From: Capsulimonadaceae bacterium
GTDB lineage: Bacteria; Armatimonadota; Armatimonadia; Armatimonadales; Capsulimonadaceae
Reading direction: 5' to 3'
Assembly (NCBI GenBank): GCA_965215505.1
Contig: OZ244065.1
Location: 704,001-768,000, forward strand
Length of the DNA: 64,000 bases
Positions 26,519-35,074 of this stretch are shown here, piece after piece (the first letter of the stretch is position 1; every line of letters begins with the position of its first letter). The position numbers and the translations under genes are program-made. The notes beneath the pieces were generated by a model that was not told where the DNA came from, made no database searches, and saw only the letters and a program-made list of their open reading frames with translations.

Positions 26519-26785
26519 CTACTTTTTTTGCAGGATCTCCTTGATGATGTCGACCTCCAGGTCGCGCTCGGCGAGCAGGCGCTTGAGGCGGGCGTTCTCT
26601 TTTTCCAGCTCGCGCAGGCGGGCGGCTTCATTGACGGTCGCACTGCCGAAGCGCGAGCGCCAGCGGTAGAAGCTGTTCTCGGAGACGTTGTGCTGGCGGC
26701 AGACTTCGGCGATAGTCTGTTCGCCCTTCTCGGCCTGCTGCAAGATGGCGACGATCTGCGCGTCGGTGAACTGGCTCTTCTGCAT
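26519..26785 (-). CDS. IS3 transposase OrfA (HTH)
   Basis: KSQFTDAQIVAIL, VCRQHNVSENSFYRW, RLRELEKENARLKRL; ends in slippery A7G followed by TAG. Confidence 0.93.
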   Translation of the reverse strand: MQKSQFTDAQIVAILQQAEKGEQTIAEVCRQHNVSENSFYRWRSRFGSATVNEAARLRELEKENARLKRLLAERDLEVDIIKEILQKK

Positions 26786-26962
26786 TCGAGTATTCTACCT
26801 TTCGGGTCAATACTCACCTTGCGAATGGTACAGTTTTTGGGGGAAAGGTCAGAACCTCTCCGTCGTAGATTTGTAGATGGCTCAGATGCGGGGTGGCACG
26901 AACCCTGTTGATTGTGAACATAATCTACCTCATACACCTGGTACATAATGCCGTTCCTCATG

Positions 26963-27607
26963 TCACGCAACACGGTGGAATGGCCCATACAAAAAGAAGT
27001 CTACATAAACTTGCACGCCAAAAGCAGAACCGCCACTGATAGAGCCAGTAGTAGCAACACCCTCAGAAAACCAATTTGGCAGTATGTTGGCGGCATTCTC
27101 ACGCAATGCGTCGCTGGTTGATATTGTGTATGCCTTATTTAACGCATCAATATACTTCACGACGTTGCTAAACTTCATGTCTACTACTCTACTGGGGTGT
27201 GTCACTAGCAACAGGGCGAAAACCTGCGTCTGCTCGTTTGCTACACCCCGCGCCTTCTGAATGTCGGCAACCACCGCCCTCTGATAGCCTGCCTTTGTCG
27301 CATCAAAGGTGTACATGGATTTAAGTTCAACGATAGCGGCGGGCGAATCATTCTCCAGTATAGCTATGTCTGAGTGCCGCCACTCACGGGCGACGAGAAG
27401 CCCTTTCCGAGTCAACTGACGATACAACTGGAATGCAATCGCGTCACGAATGACGAACTCAGGTTTCGACGTAAGAGCAAGGTAAGCAAGCTCGTCCGGC
27501 TCGAAATTGGTGGCTAGTCCGTTCAGGATGTTTAGCAGGAGAGGCTGGTATTCCAAAGTATTCCTTTCAGCCCGCTCGCCGCGCGAGGTCTTTATAAACT
27601 TCGTCAT
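26963..27607 (-). CDS. Hypothetical protein with a PD-(D/E)XK-like motif
   Basis: AREW..SDIAIL....IVELK; visibly AT-richer than flanking genes; start uncertain. Confidence 0.6.
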   Translation of the reverse strand: MTKFIKTSRGERAERNTLEYQPLLLNILNGLATNFEPDELAYLALTSKPEFVIRDAIAFQLYRQLTRKGLLVAREWRHSDIAILENDSPAAIVELKSMYTFDATKAGYQRAVVADIQKARGVANEQTQVFALLLVTHPSRVVDMKFSNVVKYIDALNKAYTISTSDALRENAANILPNWFSEGVATTGSISGGSAFGVQVYVDFFLYGPFHRVA

Positions 27608-27836
27608 CGTTTCGCTTTCCGACGACCACGATACGGACGATGCTGTCTACTACCGTGTAGCAGACACGGAACTCCCCAGAGTCGATGCGGCGGTAGCCCG
27701 CATAGCCGGAAAGATGCTTGGCATCATTGGGGTATGGGTCACGAAGTAAGTCATGGATTTTCGACGCCACTTGCTTGAACTGTTTGGGCTGCAAACCTTG
27801 CAGGAAGCTGTGTGCATCTTTGGAAAGGTCGAGCAT
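27567..27836 (-). CDS. RelE/ParE family toxin
   Basis: KQFKQV..KI..L..DPYPND.KHLSGY..YRRIDSGEFRVCY, VVGKRNDDEVY. Confidence 0.9.
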   Translation of the reverse strand: MLDLSKDAHSFLQGLQPKQFKQVASKIHDLLRDPYPNDAKHLSGYAGYRRIDSGEFRVCYTVVDSIVRIVVVGKRNDDEVYKDLARRAG

Positions 27837-28384
27837 TACAGGTCAACTCCCATCTGCGCGAAGAAAGCACGGGTTTCGTCTACACCGATGAATCCTTTTC
27901 GTTCCGCCTGTTCAATGTAGTCATCCGCAATTTCATTGCCGAAGGCGATGGACAGGTATTTGAATGTGCCTTCTTCCATCTCTTCCAGAATCGCGTAGGC
28001 TTCATGTAGCACAGCGGAGCATAGTTCGCCTTGATCTTCAAGCCCTTCGGATTTGGCTTGGTAACGCAGGGCTGCATTGGCCAGGCGACCGAAAAGCTCG
28101 ATCTTGGAGTTGCCACCATAGAGAGGGAGGAATATGTCTCGCAACTGGAAGAAGAGCCAGCTAAGTTGCGCCGCATGAGGCGTGACAACAAATCGGGGAG
28201 CGGGGTAGAAGGCGTCCGGCTCAATCTCAGGCTGCTCGGAGGTTATTACAACGTCCGCGCCCACCCACTCCTCCGGCTTGGCGTCTGGTACATCCTGCTC
28301 CACAATGACAGGGATAGGCTCGTCACGCAGACGCGCGGAGAGGGTGTTCAATGCTTCTCTAGCGGTAGTGAATTCTGTGTCCAT
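27836..28384 (-). CDS. Hypothetical protein, probable atypical antitoxin
   Basis: Stop overlaps the toxin start (TAATG); acidic C-terminus EQAERKGFIGVDETRAFF; AAGGAG RBS. Confidence 0.6.
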   Translation of the reverse strand: MDTEFTTAREALNTLSARLRDEPIPVIVEQDVPDAKPEEWVGADVVITSEQPEIEPDAFYPAPRFVVTPHAAQLSWLFFQLRDIFLPLYGGNSKIELFGRLANAALRYQAKSEGLEDQGELCSAVLHEAYAILEEMEEGTFKYLSIAFGNEIADDYIEQAERKGFIGVDETRAFFAQMGVDL

Positions 28385-28403
28385 TGATGACTCCTTTGTT
28401 GAG

Positions 28404-29138
28404 CTACTGCGACTCGAATTCAGCGTTGATGGCGGCGTAGTCTTCGGGCGTACCCACGTCGCGCCACTTGCCTTCCAGGGCGATGCCTTTGGTGGGGTGG
28501 TCGTCGTTAATCATTGCGGTGATGGCGTCGGGCAATTCGTACTCGCCGCGCGCGGAGGGGACGATCCTGGAGGTGTAGTCGAAGATGAGCGGATCGAAGA
28601 TGAACAGGCCGGCGTTGTTCCAGTGGGTCGCCGCCGTGCCTTTGGCGGGCTTCTCCTGGATGCGCTGGATGATGTTGTTCTCGTCGAGGTAGACGGCGGC
28701 CCCGGCCCAGGGGTCCTCCACCCAGTTCAGGCCGACGTAGGCTTTGATCTCGCGGGTGCCCGTCTCGACGTAGGCGTCCCCGAAGCGGCCGTAGTTGACG
28801 GGGTCCAGCATGATGTCGCCATAGGTCATCAGGAACGGGGCGGCGGACAGGGCGGCGCGGGCGGTGTTGACGGCGTCCCCCACCCCGCGCGGGACCTCCT
28901 GGGGGACGTACTCGATCTGCCAGCCCCATTCGGAGCCGTCACCTAAATAATCCTGCAAGACCTCGGCCTTGTAGCCGGTGATCAGGACGAACTCGCGGAT
29001 GGGCGTCGTGGCGGCGATGCCCTCCATGATGCGCTCGATCATGGGGACGCCGCCGATGGGGATCATGGGCTTGGGCTGGTCGGCGGTCAAAGCGCCGAGG
29101 CGGGTGCCGCGTCCGGCGGCGAGGAGGAGGGCTTTCAT
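28404..29138 (-). CDS. Sugar-phosphate nucleotidyltransferase (RmlA/GlmU-like)
   Basis: LLAAGRGTRL..PKPM, YGDI, EKP, SARGEYELPD, WRDVGTPED; start ATG 29138 with GGAGA RBS. Confidence 0.88.
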   Translation of the reverse strand: MKALLLAAGRGTRLGALTADQPKPMIPIGGVPMIERIMEGIAATTPIREFVLITGYKAEVLQDYLGDGSEWGWQIEYVPQEVPRGVGDAVNTARAALSAAPFLMTYGDIMLDPVNYGRFGDAYVETGTREIKAYVGLNWVEDPWAGAAVYLDENNIIQRIQEKPAKGTAATHWNNAGLFIFDPLIFDYTSRIVPSARGEYELPDAITAMINDDHPTKGIALEGKWRDVGTPEDYAAINAEFESQ

Positions 29139-29153
29139 CGTGTATCTCCAGGC

Positions 29154-29261
29154 AAGGCCAACGTCTTCAAGAAGGCCAACGTCTTCAAGAAGGCCAACGT
29201 CTTCAAGAAGGCCAACGTCTTCAAGAAGGCCAACGTCTTCAAGAAGGCGAACGTCTTCAAG
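29154..29261. repeat. 18-bp tandem repeat x6 (AAGGCCAACGTCTTCAAG)
   Basis: Five exact copies plus one C>G variant, running into a REP arm. Confidence 0.95.
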
Positions 29262-29263
29262 AA

Positions 29264-29331
29264 GGGCGAACACAAGGTTCGCTCCTACGGGGTAATCGGC
29301 GTCGGCGTAGGGGTGAACCTTGTGTTCACCC
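29264..29331. repeat. GTAG-type REP doublet (family B)
   Basis: GGGCGAACACAAGGTTCGCTCCTAC and GTAGGGGTGAACCTTGTGTTCACCC; same core at 46940-46960. Confidence 0.8.
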
Positions 29332-29369
29332 CCCAGCGGTTTCTGTTCCAGTGATCCCTACTCCGGCGT

Positions 29370-30170
29370 TTACTCCATGCGGGCATATTTGAGCGAGTCG
29401 GCGCAGGCGCAGGCGCGGCCTTCCGGCATCCCGGCCAGCATCGTTTTGAGGACCTTTTTGACGTTGGCCGTGTTCTGCGCCAGGACCTCCAAGACGCTGT
29501 GCGCCTCGACGGCGGCGACATCGGCGACCAAGCCGGCGTCGTAGTCGGTGACGAGGGACAGGGTGACGTAGCACAGGGACAGCTCGCGGGCCAGGATGAC
29601 CTCGGGGTACTGCGTCATGGTCACAGTCTGCCAGCCCATCTGCGTAAACCAGCGGCTCTCGGCTTTAGACGAGAAGCGTGGGCCTTGGATGACGACGCTG
29701 GTCCCCGCCTCGTGGACGGTGACGCCGTTCTGCCGGGCCGACTCGATGGCGAGGGCGCGGAGCTGCGGGCAGTAGGCGTCGGCGGAGGAGACGTGGGTGA
29801 CGACAGGGCCGTCATAGAAGGTGTCCGCCCGCCCGGTCGTTCGGTCCACGAACTGGTCATTGATAACAAAGTCCCCCGGCGCGATGTGCGCCTGAAGCGA
29901 CCCGACCGCGCTTGGGGCGAGAACGCGGGTCACGCCCAGGCTCTTGAGCGCCCACAGATTGGCGCGATACGGGACCTTGTGGGGCGGCAGCGAGTGGGAC
30001 CTGCCGTGCCGGGGCAGGAAGGCGACCCGGCGGCCCGCGATGGTCATCAAGGCGACCCTGTCGCTCGGCGGGCCGTAGGGGGTTTCGACTTTGATCTCTT
30101 CAATGTCGCCCTCGGCGAACTCATAAAAGCCGCTGCCGCCGAAGATGCCGATTTCCGCCGTGTGCTGCAT
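29370..30170 (-). CDS. mtnP: S-methyl-5'-thioadenosine phosphorylase
   Basis: IFGGSGFY, ETPYGPPSD, FLPRHG, GPRFSSKAES, VTDYD. Confidence 0.92.
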   Translation of the reverse strand: MQHTAEIGIFGGSGFYEFAEGDIEEIKVETPYGPPSDRVALMTIAGRRVAFLPRHGRSHSLPPHKVPYRANLWALKSLGVTRVLAPSAVGSLQAHIAPGDFVINDQFVDRTTGRADTFYDGPVVTHVSSADAYCPQLRALAIESARQNGVTVHEAGTSVVIQGPRFSSKAESRWFTQMGWQTVTMTQYPEVILARELSLCYVTLSLVTDYDAGLVADVAAVEAHSVLEVLAQNTANVKKVLKTMLAGMPEGRACACADSLKYARME

Positions 30171-30182
30171 AGGATATTTTCA

Positions 30183-30390
30183 GAACCCATCCCGGCGCGA
30201 GCGCCGACCCTCCCGAAACAGGAAGGTGGACTGGGAAGGTGGTTGTTTGGTTCGCCGTGATAAACGGGAAGCCACCCTGCTAAAAAGGGCATGGTCAAAA
30301 AGCCCCATGCAAGAAGGTAAAACCCCAACGTATATCCACTCGCTTACCCACCCGTTCCGGGAGGGTCGGCGCTTACGCCGGGGTGGGTTC
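30183..30390. repeat. Inverted repeat doublet (family C); right arm lies inside the rnc 3' end
   Basis: GAACCCATCCCGGCGCGAGCGCCGACCCTCCCG ... CGGGAGGGTCGGCGCTTACGCCGGGGTGGGTTC. Confidence 0.75.
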
Positions 30391-31066
30391 CCAAAGCCGC
30401 TTCTGCCGCTGCCTGCTGGGCCTCTTTTTTGGTCTTGCCGCTGCCGGTCCCGGCGATCGCGCCGTCGAGCAGGACGGCAATCGTGAAGATTTTATCGTGC
30501 GGTTTGCCGCGCTCCGAGGTCACCTGATACACGGGAGACGAGAGATGGTCGGCCTGGCGCAGCTCTTGCAGCACGGTCTTCGGGTCGCGCCAGTCGCGGC
30601 TGCGGCTGACCGAGGCGATCTCCGGCGCGAGTATGCCTAGCAGGAACTCGCGGGCGGCCTCGTAGCCGCTCTCCTGGTAGATGACGGCAACCAGGGCTTC
30701 GACGGCGTCGGCGATGATGCTGTCGCGGTTACGTCCGCCCATCGCCTCCTCGGTCCGGCCCAGGCGGATGAGCGGGGCCAGGTCCATGCGCCGGGCGGCG
30801 GCGGCGAGCGCGTCTTTGCAGACGATCAGGGCCTTGGCCTGGGCCAGTTCACCCTCGCCGCGCTGTGGGAACTGCGCGTACAGATACTCAACGATGACCA
30901 GGCCCAGCACCGAATCGCCCAGGAACTCCAAACGCTCGTTGCTCTCCAGCGGCCGGTCGGGGACCAGGGACTTGTGGGTCAAGGCCTGACGGAGCGCGGC
31001 CATGTCCCGGATGGGCAGGCCGCGCCTGAGGGCTTCGGTCCGCAGGTCCCCGCCGCCTTCGGTCAT
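30344..31066 (-). CDS. rnc: Ribonuclease III
   Basis: NERLEFLGDSVL signature; dsRBD DPKTVLQE..GSGKTKKEAQQAAA. Confidence 0.97.
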   Translation of the reverse strand: MTEGGGDLRTEALRRGLPIRDMAALRQALTHKSLVPDRPLESNERLEFLGDSVLGLVIVEYLYAQFPQRGEGELAQAKALIVCKDALAAAARRMDLAPLIRLGRTEEAMGGRNRDSIIADAVEALVAVIYQESGYEAAREFLLGILAPEIASVSRSRDWRDPKTVLQELRQADHLSSPVYQVTSERGKPHDKIFTIAVLLDGAIAGTGSGKTKKEAQQAAAEAALGTHPGVSADPPGTGG

Positions 31067-32292
31067 CGCAGCGCCTGGAGGGCCTGGCTGATCCGCGCGA
31101 CGCCGCGCTGGATGTTCTCCATCGAGGTGGCATAAGACAGCCGGATGTTGCCGTCCGCGCCGAAGCCGGAGCCGGGGATGACGGCTACCTCATACGCCTC
31201 CAGCAGGTACGCGGCCAGGTCGTCCGAGCTGCCGATGGTGCGCGGCGTGTCGCCTTCGGGTTTCCAGCTCTTGCCGTAGAAGGCGGAGACGTTCGGGAAG
31301 ACGTAGAACGCCCCGCCGGGGTTGAGGCACTGGACGCCGGGGATGTCCTTCAAGGCGGACACGATGTAGTCCCGCCGCTGCTGGAAAGCCTTCCGCATCG
31401 TCTCGACCGAGTCCTGTGGCCCGTTCAGGGCTTCGACGCCCGCCGCCTGCGTGATGGAGGTCGGGTTGGACGTACTCTGGTCCTGGATTTTGGACATGGC
31501 TGCCACGATGTCCAGGTCGGCGGCGGCATAGCCGAGCCGCCAGCCGGTCATGGCGTGGGCCTTGGAGAAGCCGTTGATCGTGATGGTCATGGCCTTGACC
31601 GCCTCGCCGAATGAGGCAGGAGACACGAACTCATTGCCCGTATAGAGTATCTTCTCGTAGATCTCGTCGGACATCAGATAGAGGCCGCGCCCGACGCACA
31701 GGTCGGCGATGTCCCGCAGCGCCGAGGGCGTGTAGACCGCCCCGGTCGGGTTGGAGGGCGAGTTGATGACAAGCAGCTTTGTCCTATCAGTGACGTAGCC
31801 TTCGATCTGCGCGGCGGTCGCGAGGAAGCCAATGCTCTCGTCCGTCGGCACGATGACGGGAGTGCCGTCCGCCAGCTTCACCTGTTCGGGGTAGGACACC
31901 CAGTAGGGCGCGGGGATGATGACCTCGTCGCCCGGATCGAGCAGGGCCTGCATCAGATTATAAATGGAGTGCTTGGCCCCGCACGAGACGATGATCTCGT
32001 TGCGCGAGTAGGTCAGACCGTTGTCGCGCTTCAGCTTGGCGAGGATGGCGTCTTTGAGGGCGACGGTGCCGGAAGACGGCGTGTATTTGGTGTCCCCTTT
32101 CGCCAAAGCGGCGACGGCGGCGTCCTTGACGTTCTGAGGCGTGTCGAAGTCCGGCTCGCCCGCGCCGAAGGAGATGACGTCCTTGCCCTGTGCTTTCAGG
32201 GCGTTGGCCTTGGCGGTGATCGCCAGGGTTGGCGAGGGGGCGGCGTGGAGCGCGCGCTGGGACAGCATCCGTTGCTGGGGCGGCGTGATCAT
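31063..32292 (-). CDS. aspC: PLP-dependent class I/II (aspartate) aminotransferase
   Basis: GEPDFDTP, NSPSNPTG, SDEIYE, GFSKAHAMTGWRLGY, IRLSYA; upstream TTGACT-N18-TACAAT at 32352-32381. Confidence 0.9.
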   Translation of the reverse strand: MITPPQQRMLSQRALHAAPSPTLAITAKANALKAQGKDVISFGAGEPDFDTPQNVKDAAVAALAKGDTKYTPSSGTVALKDAILAKLKRDNGLTYSRNEIIVSCGAKHSIYNLMQALLDPGDEVIIPAPYWVSYPEQVKLADGTPVIVPTDESIGFLATAAQIEGYVTDRTKLLVINSPSNPTGAVYTPSALRDIADLCVGRGLYLMSDEIYEKILYTGNEFVSPASFGEAVKAMTITINGFSKAHAMTGWRLGYAAADLDIVAAMSKIQDQSTSNPTSITQAAGVEALNGPQDSVETMRKAFQQRRDYIVSALKDIPGVQCLNPGGAFYVFPNVSAFYGKSWKPEGDTPRTIGSSDDLAAYLLEAYEVAVIPGSGFGADGNIRLSYATSMENIQRGVARISQALQALR

Positions 32293-32412
32293 AGGAAGGT
32301 TCTCCCGGCTGATAACGGCAGCCGCTCGGTTGCGGCTGGAATGTTGCGGCTATTGTAGCCGACGGGGCGGGGGGAAGTCAAGGCAGGTAGACCCCAGGCG
32401 GCAACTCTTGGG

Positions 32413-32487
32413 GTAGGGGCGGCGCTTGCCCCGCCCTCCTTGTAAGGGCGCGGCAAGGAAAGAGGGCGCGGCAAGCAGCGCCCCTAC
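32413..32487. repeat. GTAG-type REP doublet (family B) with an internal arm duplication
   Basis: GTAGGGGCGGCGCTTGCCCCGCCC ... AGGGCGCGGCAAG twice ... CAGCGCCCCTAC. Confidence 0.8.
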
Positions 32488-33842
32488 ACATCTACAGGGA
32501 GCAGGGCGGGATTCTCCGCCACCCGCCGCCCGACTTTCGCCAGATCGTGCCACTCGCCGTGGAGTTTGACGCGCACGATGTCGGCCGTGAAGTCGTTGTT
32601 CGTGCCGTCCTCGGTCGAGTTGCTGAACAGGTACGAGCCGACGCCGTAGACGTCGGCGGGGACACCGTTGTCCTCGAACTCGCGTATCTTGCGCGGCGTG
32701 AAGCCGCCCGTGACGGTGATCTTGACGGCCTTGCAGTAGGCCCGCGCCCGCTCCAGCCACTGGAAGGGGATGTCCCAGCTCTCATAGGCGCGGTCCATCT
32801 CGCGGCGCAATGTATAGACTAGGCGCGGGTTGACGCCCTTGTCCAGCCGCCGATCGCCCAAAGGCTCGATGCTCTTGTCCCGGAGGCTACCCGCCGTGTC
32901 GGGGCGGACTCCGTAGAGGACGTACTTCTCGGCCTCCTCGTGCTGTCCCTGCCCTACCAGTTCCATGTAGCGCGTGAACAGCGCCTTCATGGTCAAGAGG
33001 CTGTCGCCTACGCAGTCGTTGTTAAAGTCCACCAGGGCGATGCGCGGGATGTGCGGGGGCAGAATGCGGGCGAACTGCAAGACGGTCTCGGCCGTGTCCC
33101 CCAGGAAGCAGGCAATGGCGGCATGGGCGACAGTGCCGCCGCCCGCCCCGCCCCACCAGTCCCCCTGTTCGTCGGTGGAAACCGCACTGGTGACACTATG
33201 GCCCGAGGTCCGGTTAAAAAGCTGCACAGCGATATGGTAAGCGTACCCGTCGCCCGCCTGCACCTCATGGGCGTCGAACCGGGCCGGGAAGAACAAGACC
33301 TCCTTCCCCCGCGCCGCGTGCAGGACCTCATACACGTTGGTCGCGACGCGCGTGTTCCGCGTCAGCGCCCCCAGCGTCGGCGTCTCCAAGGGCGCGAAGT
33401 CCCGGTAGCGCCCGCGCACTTTCAGCACCGGGGTCACCTCGTTCGGGTCGCCGCCGTAGGGGGCGATGAACCCGTCGTGTACCGCCGTCACCTCCAGGGC
33501 GTCATAGGTGGAGACCCACTCGCCCTGCGCGTCGAAGTGGCCGGTGCATTCCCGGAGCATCGCCAGAGCTTTGTCTACACCGACGACTACCGAGAAGGGC
33601 TGGCGGCGCGTGAACCACTGCATCTCGACCTCGATGTCGCCGGTGTGGATGTCATCCAGCGCCAGCCCCTTCTCTTCCAGCGCGGCGTTCTGGCCCGCGA
33701 AGGTGTACCCGTCCCGGACCAGGCCGGTCAGCAGGGTCACGATGTTGTCGAAATACTTGTCCGAGTACCACCCGCGCCGCATCCGCGCCACGTCCAGCTT
33801 GAACGTCTCCGCCCCCAGCCGCTTGCCGTCGAATACGCTCAT
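32484..33842 (-). CDS. Nicotinate phosphoribosyltransferase-like type II PRTase
   Basis: GWYSDKYF, FFPARFD, GGTVAHA, ALVDFNNDCV, GVRPDT, VTGGF, YGVGS, DFTADIV, KVGR; start ATG 33842. Confidence 0.8.
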   Translation of the reverse strand: MSVFDGKRLGAETFKLDVARMRRGWYSDKYFDNIVTLLTGLVRDGYTFAGQNAALEEKGLALDDIHTGDIEVEMQWFTRRQPFSVVVGVDKALAMLRECTGHFDAQGEWVSTYDALEVTAVHDGFIAPYGGDPNEVTPVLKVRGRYRDFAPLETPTLGALTRNTRVATNVYEVLHAARGKEVLFFPARFDAHEVQAGDGYAYHIAVQLFNRTSGHSVTSAVSTDEQGDWWGGAGGGTVAHAAIACFLGDTAETVLQFARILPPHIPRIALVDFNNDCVGDSLLTMKALFTRYMELVGQGQHEEAEKYVLYGVRPDTAGSLRDKSIEPLGDRRLDKGVNPRLVYTLRREMDRAYESWDIPFQWLERARAYCKAVKITVTGGFTPRKIREFEDNGVPADVYGVGSYLFSNSTEDGTNNDFTADIVRVKLHGEWHDLAKVGRRVAENPALLPVDV

Positions 33843-34384
33843 TCCATCCCCGCCTCCGCCCGAATCGTGTCCCACGCCGTCGTGAACGCCTGATACTCGG
33901 GTGCCTGATACATGGCGAACACGACGCGCTCCAGCGACGTGTCCGGGTGGCTGTCCAGGTACGATTGCACTGTTCGGAGCGCCGTGGGCGCGGCCTTGTC
34001 CAACGGGTAGCCGTAGATGCCCGTCGAGATGGAGCAGAACGCGATGCTTTTCAGACCCTTCCCCTCCGCCTTCTCCAGACACGACCAGTAGCACGACGCC
34101 AGCCGCTCGGCCTCGTTTGCGTTCCCGCCCTTCCAGACCGGCCCAGCCGTGTGGATGATGTACGGTTGCTTCAGGTTATGCCCGCTCGTCAGCACCGCCG
34201 CCCCCGTCTTGGCCCCATTCGGCGCGGCCTTCTCCAGTTCCGCCATCAGCGCCCGCCCCGCCGCTCGGTGGATCACGCCGTCAATGCCGCCCCCGCCCCG
34301 CATGGCCGTGTTCGCCGCGTTGACGATGGCATCCACGTCCTGGTCCACAACGCTGCCCCGGACGATCTCGATGGTTGTCTTCAT
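33839..34384 (-). CDS. Macrodomain protein (O-acetyl-ADP-ribose deacetylase / ADP-ribosylhydrolase)
   Basis: DAIVNAAN..GGGGIDGVIHRAAG, IIHTAGPVW, SISTGIYGYP. Confidence 0.93.
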   Translation of the reverse strand: MKTTIEIVRGSVVDQDVDAIVNAANTAMRGGGGIDGVIHRAAGRALMAELEKAAPNGAKTGAAVLTSGHNLKQPYIIHTAGPVWKGGNANEAERLASCYWSCLEKAEGKGLKSIAFCSISTGIYGYPLDKAAPTALRTVQSYLDSHPDTSLERVVFAMYQAPEYQAFTTAWDTIRAEAGME

Positions 34385-34397
34385 TGGTGGCATTCAG

Positions 34398-34847
34398 TCA
34401 TTCCGTTATCTTGAGCAGCTTCAGCTTGGCCTGGACAAAATCCTTGTCCGAGAGGCCACCTTCTTGATGCAGTCTACTGATGCGCTCTAGTTGGGAAATG
34501 AACTCCTCCGCGCTGTTCTGTTCTGGCTGAACTGAGATAGGAGTATCGGGAACAGGTTCCTGATTGGGAGCGCCTGCTATCGCCTTCAACATGGCGACTA
34601 TGTAGACCGGATTCACGGCAGTCACCCGCTCTTTGACTAATCGTGTCGCAGTCAACTCAGTTAATGGCAGGCGCAAGTCATGTGCCGCTTCCACTTCAAC
34701 GCGGCGGATAGGTCGGGCCGTACCCGTACTCTCAGGCTCAACAGTGACATGCTTGCTATCCACTGAGACAACCCGAAAAGGCTTACCAGTTTTTGTCCGC
34801 AAGTTCTGACCTTCTAATTGGCTCACCCGTTCCCATACTGTTGCCAT
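34398..34847 (-). CDS. Hypothetical protein with a C-terminal SHOCT domain
   Basis: QLERISRLHQEGGLSDKDFVQAKLKLL; AT-richer composition. Confidence 0.7.
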   Translation of the reverse strand: MATVWERVSQLEGQNLRTKTGKPFRVVSVDSKHVTVEPESTGTARPIRRVEVEAAHDLRLPLTELTATRLVKERVTAVNPVYIVAMLKAIAGAPNQEPVPDTPISVQPEQNSAEEFISQLERISRLHQEGGLSDKDFVQAKLKLLKITE

Positions 34848-34929
34848 CTTTTCACATTACCCTTTGGGCTTCAACTAATCCAACGCAGAGGACATTACGC
34901 GCTTCGGGGCTGGCCTGTCGGCCAGGGAA

Positions 34930-35068
34930 CCACGGGTTGAAACCCGAGGCTGACAAAAGCCCAGCGTCCAGGGGACGGAAGAGGCAGAGCCTGATTTCAG
35001 AGGCATCTTGCATTGTCTTGCGTCCCCTGGACGCTGGGAACTTTGGTGCCACGGGTTGAAACCCGTGG
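34930..35068. repeat. REPIN-like composite inverted repeat (family A variant)
   Basis: CCACGGGTTGAAACCCGAGG ... CCACGGGTTGAAACCCGTGG with inner CCCAGCGTCCAGGGGACG / CGTCCCCTGGACGCTGGG. Confidence 0.85.
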
Positions 35069-35074
35069 ACGTCT

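Larger units (their letters stand above)
25611..26851 (-). mobile_element. IS3-family insertion sequence (IS407-like), apparently intact, 1241 bp
   Basis: Imperfect 26-bp TIRs TGACCTTTCCCCCAAAAACTGTACCA / TGACGTTTCCCCCGTTTTATGTACCA; 4-bp target duplication GAAC at 25607-25610 and 26852-26855. Confidence 0.95.
25374..26921 (-). pseudogene. 100-aa hypothetical gene interrupted by the IS3 element
   Basis: Removing the IS and one GAAC copy joins MFTINRVRATPHLSHLQIYDGE in frame to VHIGDYERSG...KSMWRRR*; GAGG RBS before ATG 26921. Confidence 0.75.

Noticed and set aside
26383-26988. 201-aa ORF spanning the IS left end
   Set aside because: Chimeric read-through in a frame that is neither OrfA, OrfB nor the reconstructed target gene
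29154-29261. Possible CRISPR array
   Set aside because: Units are contiguous with no spacers, only 18 bp long, and no cas genes are present
29139-29273. LLEDVG-repeat N-terminal extension of the nucleotidyltransferase in the ORF track
   Set aside because: It is the translated tandem repeat; the family N-terminus (MKALLLAAG) and a GGAGA RBS point to ATG 29138
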